DNA from: Escherichia coli
GTDB lineage: Bacteria > Pseudomonadota > Gammaproteobacteria > Enterobacterales > Enterobacteriaceae
Strand: one strand, 5' to 3'
Assembly: GCF_016026235.1 (NCBI RefSeq)
Contig: NZ_CP065613.1
Length of the DNA stretch: 64,000 nt
Of this stretch, positions 19,938-31,392 are shown piece after piece. The notes beneath the pieces were generated by a model. That model had not been told where the DNA came from. It saw nothing but the letters and a program-made list of their open reading frames with translations, and did no database searches. Within the stretch, counting starts at the first letter, position 1. The number at the start of each line of letters is the position of its first letter. Made by a program: the position numbers and the translations under genes.

Positions 19938-21563
19938 ATGAATATTTTCACAGAGGCTGCAAAACTCGAAGAGCAAAATTGTCCGTTTGCGATGGCGCAA
20001 ATTGTTGATAGCCGAGGCTCGACTCCCCGCCATTCTGCACAAATGTTAGTGCGCGCCGATGGTTCTATCGTCGGTACAATTGGTGGCGGAATGGTTGAGC
20101 GGAAGGTGATTGAAGAGTCACTTCAGGCATTGCAGGAACGTAAGCCGCGATTATTCCATGGACGTATGGCTCGTAACGGTGCGGATGCTGTCGGGTCAGA
20201 TTGTGGAGGTGCAATGTCAGTATTTATCAGCGTCCATGGTATGCGTCCACGTCTGGTGTTGATTGGCGCGGGGCATGTCAACCGGGCGATAGCCCAGAGT
20301 GCCGCGCTATTAGGATTTGATATTGCCGTTGCCGATATTTATCGCGAAAGCCTCAATCCTGAACTATTCCCACCATCAACCACGCTTCTCCATGCTGAGT
20401 CGTTTGGTGCGGCAGTGGAAGCACTGGATATTCGCCCTGATAATTTTGTCCTGATTGCCACGAATAATCAGGATCGTGAAGCCCTCGACAAACTCATTGA
20501 ACAGCCCATTGCATGGTTGGGGTTGCTGGCAAGTCGCCGCAAGGTTCAGCTTTTCCTGCGTCAATTGCGTGAGAAAGGCGTGGCTGAAGAACATATTGCC
20601 CGTTTACATGCGCCCGTTGGTTACAACATAGGTGCGGAAACGCCGCAGGAGATCGCCATCAGCGTGCTGGCAGAAATATTACAGGTGAAAAATAACGCGC
20701 CGGGTGGGCTGATGATGAAACCTTCTCATCCTTCCGGACACCAGCTGGTGATGATTCGCGGTGCGGGAGATATCGCCAGTGGTGTGGCGCTACGTCTGTA
20801 TCATGCGGGTTTTAAAGTGATCATGCTGGAAGTGGAAAAACCGACAGTGATTCGTTGTACCGTGGCGTTTGCCCAGGCCGTGTTCGATGGCGAAATGACG
20901 GTCGAAGGCGTCACTGCTCGCCTGGCAACCAGCTCTGCGGAAGCGATGAAACTTACCGAACGCGGATTCATCCCTGTGATGGTAGATCCCGCCTGTTCAT
21001 TGCTTGATGAACTGAAACCGCTTTGCGTGGTGGACGCTATTCTGGCGAAACAGAATTTGGGAACGCGGGCAGATATGGCACCAGTAACAATCGCGCTTGG
21101 GCCGGGCTTTACTGCTGGGAAGGATTGTCATGCGGTAATTGAAACAAATCGCGGGCACTGGCTCGGTCAGGTGATTTACTCTGGTTGTGCGCAGGAGAAT
21201 ACCGGTGTTCCTGGCAATATTATGGGGCATACCACCCGACGGGTGATCCGTGCTCCTGCTGCAGGCATTATGCGATCCAACGTGAAATTAGGCGATCTGG
21301 TGAAAGAGGGCGATGTGATTGCCTGGATTGGTGAGCATGAAATTAAAGCACCGTTGACGGGGATGGTGCGTGGCTTGTTGAACGACGGCCTGGCAGTGGT
21401 TGGTGGTTTTAAAATTGGTGATATCGATCCTCGTGGTGAAACCGCTGATTTCACCAGCGTTTCTGATAAAGCCCGGGCGATTGGCGGCGGCGTACTTGAG
21501 GCGTTAATGATGTTGATGCATCAGGGCGTTAAAGCGACAAAAGAAGTGCTGGAAGTGGCTTAA
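19938..21563 (+). CDS. yqeB: XdhC/CoxI-family maturation protein, 541 aa
   Basis: Size and synteny with K-12 yqeB. Confidence 0.85.
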   Translation: MNIFTEAAKLEEQNCPFAMAQIVDSRGSTPRHSAQMLVRADGSIVGTIGGGMVERKVIEESLQALQERKPRLFHGRMARNGADAVGSDCGGAMSVFISVHGMRPRLVLIGAGHVNRAIAQSAALLGFDIAVADIYRESLNPELFPPSTTLLHAESFGAAVEALDIRPDNFVLIATNNQDREALDKLIEQPIAWLGLLASRRKVQLFLRQLREKGVAEEHIARLHAPVGYNIGAETPQEIAISVLAEILQVKNNAPGGLMMKPSHPSGHQLVMIRGAGDIASGVALRLYHAGFKVIMLEVEKPTVIRCTVAFAQAVFDGEMTVEGVTARLATSSAEAMKLTERGFIPVMVDPACSLLDELKPLCVVDAILAKQNLGTRADMAPVTIALGPGFTAGKDCHAVIETNRGHWLGQVIYSGCAQENTGVPGNIMGHTTRRVIRAPAAGIMRSNVKLGDLVKEGDVIAWIGEHEIKAPLTGMVRGLLNDGLAVVGGFKIGDIDPRGETADFTSVSDKARAIGGGVLEALMMLMHQGVKATKEVLEVA

Positions 21564-21603
21564 ATGAAAATGGCCGGATGGTATTACCCACCCGGCCTTA
21601 AAA

Positions 21604-22536
21604 TTACTGACAAATCACCGTTCCGGTTTTGCCTTCAATCCCTTCTTTCGCTTTGCTCAATACGGTAATCAGTGCTTCACGACCTGCGCGAGAGCGAGCA
21701 AACGAGGCGGCAGCTTCCACTTTAGGCAGCATAGAACCTTTCGCAAAATGACCTTCTTCGATAAAGCGTTCAGCATCACTTAATGACAGGCGATCGAGCC
21801 ACTGTTCATTCTCTTTACCGAAGTTAATGGCCACTTTTTCTACCGCAGTCAGAATGATCAGCATATCGGCATCAATCATTTCTGCTAAACGGGCGCTGGC
21901 CCAGTCTTTATCGATAACCGCGCTGGCACCACGCAGATGGTTACCTTCACGAATAACAGGGATACCACCACCGCCAACGGTGATCACCACCTGGCCTGCA
22001 TCTACCAGAGCTTTAACCGTTTCTTTTTCAATGATATCAACCGGTTTTGGCGAGGCAACAACACGGCGATAGCCGCGACCAGCATCTTCTTTCAGAGTGT
22101 AACCCTGTTTTGTCAGTTGCTCTGCTTCTTGCTCGGTAAAGAACGAACCGATCGGCTTGGTCGGGTTGAGGAATGCCGGATCGTTAGCGTCGACTTCGAC
22201 CTGAGTAACCAGCGTTGCTACAGGTTTATTAATGCCCCGAGAAAGCAGTTCTTCTCTTAAAGCGTTTTGTAGATCGTAACCAATATAACCCTGGCTTAAT
22301 GCAACACAGACAGACATCGGCAGCATTGGCGAGTGCGCTTCAGTTTTTGCGGCAGCTTCAAAGGCCTGGTTAATCATGCCCACCTGCGGCCCGTTACCAT
22401 GAGTGACGATAACTTCATGTCCCTGGGCAATTAAATCAACAATTGCCTGAGAAGTAATTTTTACCGCTTTCATTTGCCCGGCCAGGTCATCGCCCAGCGC
22501 ATTCCCGCCCAGGGCGAGAACAATTTTCTTACTCAT
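21604..22536 (-). CDS. yqeA: Carbamate kinase-like protein, 310 aa
   Basis: N-terminus MSKKIVLALGGNAL typical of carbamate kinases; synteny. Confidence 0.9.
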   Translation of the reverse strand: MSKKIVLALGGNALGDDLAGQMKAVKITSQAIVDLIAQGHEVIVTHGNGPQVGMINQAFEAAAKTEAHSPMLPMSVCVALSQGYIGYDLQNALREELLSRGINKPVATLVTQVEVDANDPAFLNPTKPIGSFFTEQEAEQLTKQGYTLKEDAGRGYRRVVASPKPVDIIEKETVKALVDAGQVVITVGGGGIPVIREGNHLRGASAVIDKDWASARLAEMIDADMLIILTAVEKVAINFGKENEQWLDRLSLSDAERFIEEGHFAKGSMLPKVEAAASFARSRAGREALITVLSKAKEGIEGKTGTVICQ

Positions 22537-22583
22537 TTTTCCTCACTCATCATTCTTGATTGTGTATAGATCCCTAGCAGTGG

Positions 22584-23969
22584 TTAGAGCACGGGAGGGA
22601 CAAACGGTTTGCGTCGCAGGAAACGACCTCGCCCGGCTTTGCCTGTAAAGGTGCCGTCACAGAAAATCGTTTCACCACGGGATAAGGTTCTGACAATCGC
22701 GCCCTGACAGGTAAAACCCTCCCATGGCGAGTAGTCGGCGTTGTCGTGGAGATGGCGATGCTGAATTTGTTGGCTCTGACGTGGGTCGATAATCACCACG
22801 TCGCCATCGGAACCGGGCGCTAATAATCCTTTTTGCGGCCACAGGCCAAACAGCCTGGCGGGCATTGCGCTGGTTAATTCAACAAAGCGTTCCGGTGTTA
22901 TACGTCCCGTCATCACGCCACTGGAAAACAGTAACTGCATGCGGTTTTCCACACCGGGTAAGCCATTTGGGCAGCGACTGAAATCGCCTTTAGAAATTTG
23001 CAGGCGTTGAGCCATTGAGAACGTGCAGTGATCGGTCGCCACCACGTCAATCGCACCATCGCTGATGCCACACCACAGTTTGTCCTGCTCGCGTACGTTA
23101 CGCAGCGGTGGGCTAAGAATGAACTTCATGCCATCTTCTGTATCGTAACTGCGTTCGTCCAACAGGAGATATTGTGGGCAGGTTTCAACCCAGACTGGCT
23201 GGTGATTCGCACGGGCAAGACGCAGATAATCCAGACCTAAGCCGTTAGACAGGTGCACGATATAGAGCGGGGCGTTACCGGCAATTTGTGCCAGGTTAAT
23301 CATGCGGGCGATGGCTTCCGCTTCGCATTCCAGAGGGCGACTCAAGGCGTGATAGCGCGGCGCGGTTAACCCTGCGGCGATAAACTCCGCCCGCTTGCTG
23401 GCGATAGCCGCATCATTTTCCGGGTGCACGGTGGTCAGCGCGCCGGATTCATGCAGACGGCGTAATGCCTGCAAAACCTCGTCATCGTTGAGTTTGTATT
23501 GATAGGTTAAATAGAGTTTAAAACTGCTCAGCCCTTCCTCGACCATCATAGGGATTTCGTCGAGGATGGCGTGATTAATGTGCTGGATCACACCATGAAA
23601 GCTGTAGTCGATGACCGCCTTATGGGCGGCATAGCCACGATAAACCTCCAGTTGATGGCGTAACCGACAGCCGTTTGGGCCAAATCCCATATGGTCAATA
23701 ATGGTTGTTGTACCGCCACACGCAGCTGCGCGGGTACCGGTAAAAAAATCATCACAACTGCGCGCGATGCCGACATCAATATTGAAATGCGTATGGACAT
23801 CCACGCCGCCAGGGAAAACGTAACAGCCAGTGGCATCAATTTCTTCATACGGGAGCTGCGGCGAAATATTGTTGCCCAACTGGCGAACAATCCCGCTTTC
23901 AATCAGCAAATCCGGTTTGGCTTGTCCATCTGCGTTAACGACAGTGCCGTTTTTGATCAATACGCGCAT
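22584..23969 (-). CDS. hyuA: D-phenylhydantoinase / dihydropyrimidinase-family amidohydrolase, 461 aa (start MRVLIKNG)
   Basis: HxH metal motif (DVHTHF); size and synteny. Confidence 0.9.
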   Translation of the reverse strand: MRVLIKNGTVVNADGQAKPDLLIESGIVRQLGNNISPQLPYEEIDATGCYVFPGGVDVHTHFNIDVGIARSCDDFFTGTRAAACGGTTTIIDHMGFGPNGCRLRHQLEVYRGYAAHKAVIDYSFHGVIQHINHAILDEIPMMVEEGLSSFKLYLTYQYKLNDDEVLQALRRLHESGALTTVHPENDAAIASKRAEFIAAGLTAPRYHALSRPLECEAEAIARMINLAQIAGNAPLYIVHLSNGLGLDYLRLARANHQPVWVETCPQYLLLDERSYDTEDGMKFILSPPLRNVREQDKLWCGISDGAIDVVATDHCTFSMAQRLQISKGDFSRCPNGLPGVENRMQLLFSSGVMTGRITPERFVELTSAMPARLFGLWPQKGLLAPGSDGDVVIIDPRQSQQIQHRHLHDNADYSPWEGFTCQGAIVRTLSRGETIFCDGTFTGKAGRGRFLRRKPFVPPVL

Positions 23970-24021
23970 AGCAAACTCCAAAAACCCTCCGGCGAACCGG
24001 AGGGGAATAAGTGAAGAGTAA

Positions 24022-25233
24022 TTATTCGGTTGCCAGCCAGCTTAACGGGATTGCAGCGTACATCGCGGCACAGGTCACCAGGTGAGATTTCCAGGTTTTT
24101 TCGTTAGGTGCATGCGCTTCAGGTTCTTTACCCGGGCCAAAGCCGATCACCGGAATGCCGTGACGGCCCATGATAGATACGCCGTTAGTTGAGAAGGTCC
24201 ACTTATCAACAACCGGCGCTTTGCCAAACAGCCCTTCGTAGGCATTCACCAGTGCTTTAACGGTGAAGTGATCTTCTTCCACTTTCCAGGTCGGGAAGTA
24301 GCATTCGGTTGGGTAAACCAGGCCAGTCCAGGACGGACGGTCGTAGTTGTACATAGAAACAACCGCGTTAGCTTTCTGTACTGCAGGCAGGGCGCGGATT
24401 TCGTCCAGCGCGCCTTCCCAGGTTTCGCCCCAGGTCAGACGGCGGTCAATAGAGACGGCGCAGCTATCTGCTACAGCGCAACGGCTTGGGGATGTGAAGA
24501 AGATTTCAGAAACGGTGAGGGTGCCTTTGCCGAGGAATTCGTCATAACCCAGACGTTGGGAGAGTTCTTGTAATTCGCCAAGAATCGGACCCATTTTGAA
24601 AATGGCGTTGTCACCGCGTTCTGGCGCAGAACCGTGGCAGCTAACACCCTGAACATCAATACGAATTTCCATACGACCGCGCTGACCACGGTATACCTGG
24701 CAGTCGGTTGGTTCGGTACTGACCACAAATTCCGGGCGAATGCCGGATTGTTCAATAATGTACTGCCAGCACAGACCGTCGCAGTCTTCTTCCTGCACAG
24801 TACCGGTAACCAGCAGGGTATATTCATCTTCCAGACCGAGGTCTTTAATGATTTTACCGGCATAAACCATAGATGCCATGCCGCCTTCCTGGTCGGAAGT
24901 ACCGCGACCACCGATCAGCTCATCAGTTTCCATGCCTTCGTACGGATCGAAGTCCCAGTTTTTGATGTTGCCAATGCCGACGGTATCGATATGAGCGTCC
25001 ATTGCCACCAGACGCGGGCCGTGGCCGATATAACCGAGAACGTTACCCATCGGGTCGATTTCAACTTTATCGAAGCCGACTTTTTCCATCTCTTCTTTAA
25101 TACGATGTACTACGCGTTTCTCGTCGCAGCTTTCACTGGGAATAGCAACCATGTCGCGCAGGAAGCGAGTCATATCCGCCTGGTAATCTTTTGCTTTTTC
25201 AAGAATCAGTTTGAATGGAATATTCTTAGCCAT
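24022..25233 (-). CDS. ygeY: M20-family peptidase/deacylase, 403 aa (start MAKNIPF)
   Basis: Size and synteny. Confidence 0.85.
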
Positions 25234-25289
25234 TATTTTTCTCCAGATTTTTACTCCCCGTTTTGCAGGGAGCAGTTCCAATAGGGTGA

Positions 25290-26486
25290 TTAAGGTGCTA
25301 CAGCGTGTTTGCCTTCCCAGACAACTTCGCGGTAGTGCTTCACGTCGGTGTCGCCTTCAGTGCTGATAACCAGCACTACGGCATCTTTGTTCAGCGCCAG
25401 TTTTTGCATCAGGCTTTGACGTTGCGGGTGATAATGAACCGCCGCGAGAACGCCCAAACCGACAGCGCCGGATTCACCGGAGATGATGCGCGGGTCGTTG
25501 CCGTACGGATTACCCAGCACGCGCATACCTAATGCGGCAACGCTGTCCTGGCAGGAGATGAATTGGGTGGCGCAGTTACGTAGGATTTCCCAGCCCAGCG
25601 GGTTAGGTTCGCCACAGGCCAGGCCCGCCATGATGGTGGCCATATCACCGCCAACGTTGACGATGTCGCCTTTGACGCCGGAGCGATAAATACAGTCAGC
25701 TTTGTCAGGTTCAACAATAATGCTGTGCAGATTTTGCGGGCTGTAGACGTCGACCAGATAACCCAGCACACCACCGGCCATTGCACCGACACCGGCTTGC
25801 AGCAGAACGTGTGTCGGGGTTACGCCCATTTCACGCATTTGCTCGACGGCTTCATCTGCCAGGGTTGCGTAGCCTTGCATGATCCAGGTTGGGATTTTGG
25901 TGTAACCTTCCCATGCTGTGTCCTGTACCACTTCCCAGCCGTGCTGCTGCGCGTGTTGCATGGTCAGGCGAACGGTATCGTCATAGTTCATATCCGTGAC
26001 GATGCACTCGGCACCGAGGTTCAGAATGGCGTCAACGCGTTCCTGAGCAGAACCTTTCGGCATGTAAATCACCGCATTCTGTCCGAGTTGCTGTGCTGCC
26101 CATGCCACACCGCGCCCGTGGTTGCCGTCGGTGGTGGTCGCGAAGGTCATTTTTTCGCCGATGGCATTTTTCAGGTGCTCAAATGACAGCGTTTCGATAT
26201 CAAGATGATATTTTTCACACAATAATTGAGCGATGGCGTACGCACCGCCGAGCATTTTGAAGGCGTTCAGACCGAATCGTTTTGATTCGTCTTTGACAAG
26301 AATTTTCTTCACACCAAAAAGGTTTGCGAGATCGTCCAGCGCACAAAGCGGTGTTGGGCGATAACCAGCTATTTTCTGGTGGAACTGGCGCGCCAGTTTG
26401 GCCTGGCTTTGCGAAAAGAGCGGTGATGTTTCGCCGTTGAAAAATTTGTTATCGGCGATATCAATCTTCAATGAGAAAACGGACAT
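25290..26486 (-). CDS. dpaL: Diaminopropionate ammonia-lyase (PLP-dependent), 398 aa
   Basis: Size and synteny (K-12 ygeX). Confidence 0.85.
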
Positions 26487-26543
26487 ATCCTATCCTTTTG
26501 GCCTCTGGAAATAGAGGGCCGACCAGCTGATCGGCCCGAGGGG

Positions 26544-27734
26544 TTATTTCACGCGTTCTTGCGCTTCTTTCAGCAGTTGCTCGAGCAGTGCACCTGGTTT
26601 GGCGTATTTACGGGACAGGATCATCGCGGCGATGATATAAGGCTTCCAGCTGGCTTCTTTGTAGGTAGCGATACGGTATTTTTCGAATACGCCTTCAGTC
26701 ACTTCACCTTCTTTGCAGGATACGCCGCTGATATCAGCTGGCAGGCAGTGCATGTACAGGGCTTCGCCATCACGGGTCAGTTCCATCATCTCTTCAGTAC
26801 AATGCCAGTCTTTGTGTTGCGCGTTCTGTGCCAGACACTGTTTTTCCAGTGCTTTTAAGCCTTCGTGATCGTTCGCACGCAGCAATTCAGTACGCTCTTC
26901 CATCACTTTGTAAGGTGCCCATGACTTCGGATAAACGATGTCTGCGTCTTTGAAGGCTTCTTCCATGCTGGTGACCTGACGGAAGCTACCACCGGAGGCT
27001 TTAGCATTGTTTTTCGCCACTTCAACCACATCCGGGATCAGGTCGTAGCCTTCCGGATGGGCCAAGGTGACATCCATACCGAAGCGAGTCATCAGACCGA
27101 TGATGCCTTGTGGTACAGAGAGCGGTTTGCCATAGCTTGGAGAGTAGGCCCAGGTCATGGCGATTTTTTTACCTTTCAGGTTTTCCAGTGAACCAAAGTG
27201 TTCACGTAACCACGCGAGGTCAGCCATTGACTGAGTCGGGTGGTCAATATCGCATTGCAGGTTCACTAAAGCCGGACGCTGTGGCAGTACACCCTGCTTG
27301 TAACCGTCATCAAGTGCAGCGCCAACTTCACGCATATAGGCGTTGCCTGCGCCCAGATACATATCGTCGCGAATACCAATAGCGTCGGCGCAGAAGGAGA
27401 TCATATTGGCGGTTTCACGCACGGTTTCGCCGTGAGCGATTTGTGATTTGCCTTCATCGAGATCTTGCTGTGCAAGGCCGAGCAGGTTAAGCGCGGAAGC
27501 ATAAGAGAAGCGGGTACGAGTGGAGTTGTCGCGGAATACGGAAATACCTAATCCACTATTAAAGACTTTGGTTGAGATGTTTTCAGCACGCAGTGCTTTT
27601 AATGCTGCGGCAACGTCCAGTACTTGTTTCAGTTCATCTGGCGTCTGTTCCCACGTTAACAAAAAATCTTTCTCGTGAAGGTGAGAGGTCAGCGAATTGA
27701 TATCCTTAATCAGCTCATTAACAGTTTTCATCAT
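26544..27734 (-). CDS. ygeW: Carbamoyltransferase-family protein, 396 aa
   Basis: Transcarbamylase-like STRTR motif; size and synteny. Confidence 0.9.
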   Translation of the reverse strand: MMKTVNELIKDINSLTSHLHEKDFLLTWEQTPDELKQVLDVAAALKALRAENISTKVFNSGLGISVFRDNSTRTRFSYASALNLLGLAQQDLDEGKSQIAHGETVRETANMISFCADAIGIRDDMYLGAGNAYMREVGAALDDGYKQGVLPQRPALVNLQCDIDHPTQSMADLAWLREHFGSLENLKGKKIAMTWAYSPSYGKPLSVPQGIIGLMTRFGMDVTLAHPEGYDLIPDVVEVAKNNAKASGGSFRQVTSMEEAFKDADIVYPKSWAPYKVMEERTELLRANDHEGLKALEKQCLAQNAQHKDWHCTEEMMELTRDGEALYMHCLPADISGVSCKEGEVTEGVFEKYRIATYKEASWKPYIIAAMILSRKYAKPGALLEQLLKEAQERVK

Positions 27735-27822
27735 AAAGTCCCGGTAGTGGAATGACAGGCAAAGTGGTTTATTTCACTGTGACTTGCCAAAGTGATTGGT
27801 GTTTTCACAGCTATACCTGGGA

Positions 27823-27841
27823 CTAACAATAAGTGTGCCAG
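27823..27841 (-). promoter_or_regulatory. Candidate sigma54 promoter upstream of ygeW (weaker match)
   Basis: Minus-strand CTGGCACACTTATTGTT: consensus -24 TGGCAC with correct spacing, but -12 element is TTGT instead of TTGC; about 90 bp upstream of ygeW start. Confidence 0.25.
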
Positions 27842-28209
27842 AATTATCCACGGGGCTGCAAAAGACTAATTTGACGGATAATGTGTGGGGTTGATCACAA
27901 ATTGATGCTAGCTTCCGGTTGTTTGTAAAATACGAAAACGTTTGGCTTTTTTTATTGCGTTATTTATTTGCTGCTAAGTATCAGAAATAAGATAAAGGGG
28001 CAGGCTATCCCTCGTCAGTTTGATAAACTCACCGCCGTAATTCTCATATTGATATAGAAATGTGATATCTCTTCCATAATTTCATTAGAAAGTGATAAAA
28101 ATCTTATGTTTTTATCAAAGCCAATTTCGCCTGAGTTAATATCATCATGATCTGTGAACCATCAACGTCTTCAATGATCGACTTTTAAGTAAGTCTGGAA
28201 GGTAAAGCT

Positions 28210-29988
28210 ATGGAGCTTGCTACTACGCAGTCAGTATTGATGCAAATTCAACCGACAATTCAGCGTTTTGCCAGAATGCTTGCCAGCGTTTTGCAGCTTG
28301 AGGTTGAGATCGTTGATGAAAACTTGTGTCGCGTCGCCGGAACGGGCGCGTATGGGAAGTTTCTTGGTCGCCAGTTGAGCGGCAACTCACGCCTGCTCCG
28401 CCACGTCCTGGAAACGAAAACTGAAAAAGTTGTGACACAGTCTCGCTTCGATCCCCTTTGCGAAGGTTGCGATAGTAAAGAAAATTGCCGCGAAAAAGCA
28501 TTTCTGGGTACGCCTGTCATTTTACAGGATCGTTGTGTTGGGGTGATAAGTTTGATTGCCGTTACCCACGAGCAACAAGAGCATATCAGTGATAATTTAC
28601 GCGAATTTTCTGATTATGTTCGCCATATATCCACCATTTTTGTTTCGAAACTTCTGGAGGATCAGGGGCCAGGAGATAACATCAGTAAAATATTCGCGAC
28701 CATGATCGATAATATGGATCAGGGCGTATTAGTTGTTGATGATGAAAGTCGGGTTCAGTTTGTTAATCAGACTGCCTTAAAAACACTTGGCGTTGTACAA
28801 AATAATATTATTGGGAAACCTATCCGTTTCAGACCATTAACATTTGAGAGTAATTTTACCCATGGACATATGCAGCATATTGTTTCGTGGGACGATAAAA
28901 GTGAATTAATCATTGGTCAATTGCATAACATTCAGGGCCGACAATTATTTTTAATGGCGTTTCACCAATCGCATACCAGTTTTTCTGTAGCAAATGCACC
29001 TGATGAACCACATATTGAACAATTGGTTGGCGAGTGCCGTGTTATGCGGCAATTAAAACGACTCATTAGCCGTATTGCACCCAGCCCATCCAGCGTTATG
29101 GTGGTTGGTGAAAGCGGCACGGGTAAAGAAGTCGTCGCCCGTGCAATCCATAAGTTGAGCGGAAGACGGAATAAACCCTTTATTGCTATCAACTGTGCCG
29201 CGATTCCGGAGCAGCTTCTGGAGAGCGAACTGTTCGGTTATGTTAAAGGCGCATTTACTGGCGCTTCTGCCAACGGTAAAACAGGGTTGATTCAGGCGGC
29301 GAATACGGGCACGCTGTTTCTCGATGAAATAGGTGATATGCCATTAATGTTGCAGGCTAAATTACTGCGCGCTATTGAGGCACGTGAAATTCTGCCGATT
29401 GGTGCCAGTAGCCCAATACAAGTCGACATTCGCATCATTTCTGCAACTAACCAGAATTTGGCCCAGTTCATTGCCGAAGGTAAATTCCGCGAAGATCTCT
29501 TCTACCGACTTAATGTTATCCCGATAACTCTGCCACCGCTGCGTGAACGTCAGGAAGATATTGAACTACTGGTGCATTACTTTTTACATCTGCATACCCG
29601 TCGTCTGGGATCGGTTTATCCTGGCATTGCTCCCGATGTCGTCGAAATATTGCGTAAGCATCGTTGGCCCGGAAACCTGCGCGAGTTAAGCAATTTGATG
29701 GAATATCTGGTTAACGTTGTTCCTTCAGGTGAAGTTATCGACAGCACGCTATTGCCGCCAAATCTGCTGAATAATGGCACAACGGAGCAAAGTGATGTAA
29801 CAGAGGTCACTGAGGCACACCTGTCACTCGATGATGCGGGCGGCACGGCGCTGGAGGAGATGGAAAAGCAAATGATCCGCGAGGCGCTTTCACGTCATAA
29901 CAGCAAGAAGCAAGTTGCTGATGAACTGGGCATCGGCATTGCTACGCTCTATCGCAAGATTAAGAAATATGAGTTGTTAAACACATAA
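28210..29988 (+). CDS. ygeV: Sigma54-dependent transcriptional activator (enhancer-binding protein), 592 aa
   Basis: AAA+ sigma54-interaction motifs (GESGTGKE, GAFTGA) and C-terminal HTH; divergent from ygeW. Confidence 0.9.
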   Translation: MELATTQSVLMQIQPTIQRFARMLASVLQLEVEIVDENLCRVAGTGAYGKFLGRQLSGNSRLLRHVLETKTEKVVTQSRFDPLCEGCDSKENCREKAFLGTPVILQDRCVGVISLIAVTHEQQEHISDNLREFSDYVRHISTIFVSKLLEDQGPGDNISKIFATMIDNMDQGVLVVDDESRVQFVNQTALKTLGVVQNNIIGKPIRFRPLTFESNFTHGHMQHIVSWDDKSELIIGQLHNIQGRQLFLMAFHQSHTSFSVANAPDEPHIEQLVGECRVMRQLKRLISRIAPSPSSVMVVGESGTGKEVVARAIHKLSGRRNKPFIAINCAAIPEQLLESELFGYVKGAFTGASANGKTGLIQAANTGTLFLDEIGDMPLMLQAKLLRAIEAREILPIGASSPIQVDIRIISATNQNLAQFIAEGKFREDLFYRLNVIPITLPPLRERQEDIELLVHYFLHLHTRRLGSVYPGIAPDVVEILRKHRWPGNLRELSNLMEYLVNVVPSGEVIDSTLLPPNLLNNGTTEQSDVTEVTEAHLSLDDAGGTALEEMEKQMIREALSRHNSKKQVADELGIGIATLYRKIKKYELLNT

Positions 29989-29999
29989 CCTCAGTGAAT

Positions 30000-30019
30000 C
30001 CGGCCTGAATTCAGGCCGG
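30000..30019. terminator. Bidirectional hairpin between convergent ygeV and xdhC
   Basis: Perfect palindrome CCGGCCTGAATTCAGGCCGG between two convergent stop codons. Confidence 0.5.
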
Positions 30020-30027
30020 ATATCCTT

Positions 30028-30507
30028 TTACTTCGTTTTCTCGCAATCCAGAACTGTATTTACAATCATCTGATACCCCGTGCAGCGACAAAGATTTCCC
30101 GCCAGTCCGCGACGAATTTCCGTAATGGTTAATGGCTTCTCGCGTGGTTTCGCCAGCATTGCCGTGGTAGCCATAATCAGGCCAGGCGTACAAAACCCGC
30201 ACTGCACTGCGCCGGATTTCGCATAAGCCTGCTGAACATGAGAAAGTTTTCCGCCTTTCGCTTCACCTTCAAGCGTGCGGATCTCTTTTCCTTCAGCCCA
30301 GGCGGCAAGGTATAAGCAACTGTCTATTGCTGTGCCGTCGACCAGCACCGTACAGGCACCACATTCACCCACGCAGCACCCTTGTTTGACACTTAGCAGT
30401 CCTTGTTCGCGGAGTAATTCCGAGAGCGGCGTGCCTGGTGCGGCATGAAGCTGAAAAGGCATCCCGTTAATGGTGCATTCGATGGTAATTGTTTCGCTGT
30501 GATTCAT
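30028..30507 (-). CDS. xdhC: Xanthine dehydrogenase Fe-S subunit, 159 aa
   Basis: 2Fe-2S ferredoxin-type Cys motifs; size and synteny. Confidence 0.9.
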
Positions 30508-31382
30508 TGCAATTTTCCCCCCGCCGCGGCGACGGCTTCGCTAATCACTTTTTTGGTCATCGTCTGGATGAGATGCAGACGAAACTCTTTACTGGCCCGC
30601 CATGAAGAACGCGGGGCGACATCTTGCAGGACAGATTCGCTGATAGCTTCCAGCGTTTGCAGGTTTAATGGCGCATTTTGTGCAGTCTGTTCGGCATGTT
30701 GGCAGCGAATCGGCGTTGGCGCGGCAACACCAAATGCCAGGCGTAATTCGCTGAAATTGCCGTTATCCAGTCGGCAATGTGCGGCGCAGCCAATTGTTGA
30801 AATATCCATTGCGTCGCGCATGGCATATTTAAAATGCGCGCTGCCCGCGTGTTCTTTCGGCTGTGGCGGAAAATGAAAGGCGACGAGGATTTCGTCATGC
30901 TCAAGAGACACTTTGCCCGGCCCGGTGTGAAAGCCATTAATCGGGACGAAACGAACACCGCGCGGGGAGTGGATCTCCAGTTTCGCGTCATAAATTAGCG
31001 TTGGCGTGGCAGAATCTGCGCTGGTGGCACCGTTGCAAATATTTCCACCGTAGGTAGCGACGTTACGGATCTGCGGTCCAGCAATGGACGTGGCCGCAGC
31101 ACATAACGCCGGGAGATGACGTTGAGTTATAGGATCTTCTATTAGCTGGGTAAATGTCGTTGCAGAGCCGATACGTAGCGAGCCATCTTCCGCCAGCGTA
31201 ATTCCCCGCAGCTCCGCCAGATTATGAATATCAACAATATGGCGATAACGGTCATTGTGATGGTGGAGCTGAATCAGTACGTCAGTGCCACCGGCGAGCA
31301 GTTTGGCCTGCGGGTTGTCAGCCAGCAGGTTGATGGCATCGGCAAGGGTTGCTGCGCGATGGTAAGAAGCAAAATCAAACAT
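30504..31382 (-). CDS. xdhB: Xanthine dehydrogenase FAD-binding subunit, 292 aa
   Basis: Size and synteny. Confidence 0.9.
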
Positions 31383-31392
31383 GATGTTATCC

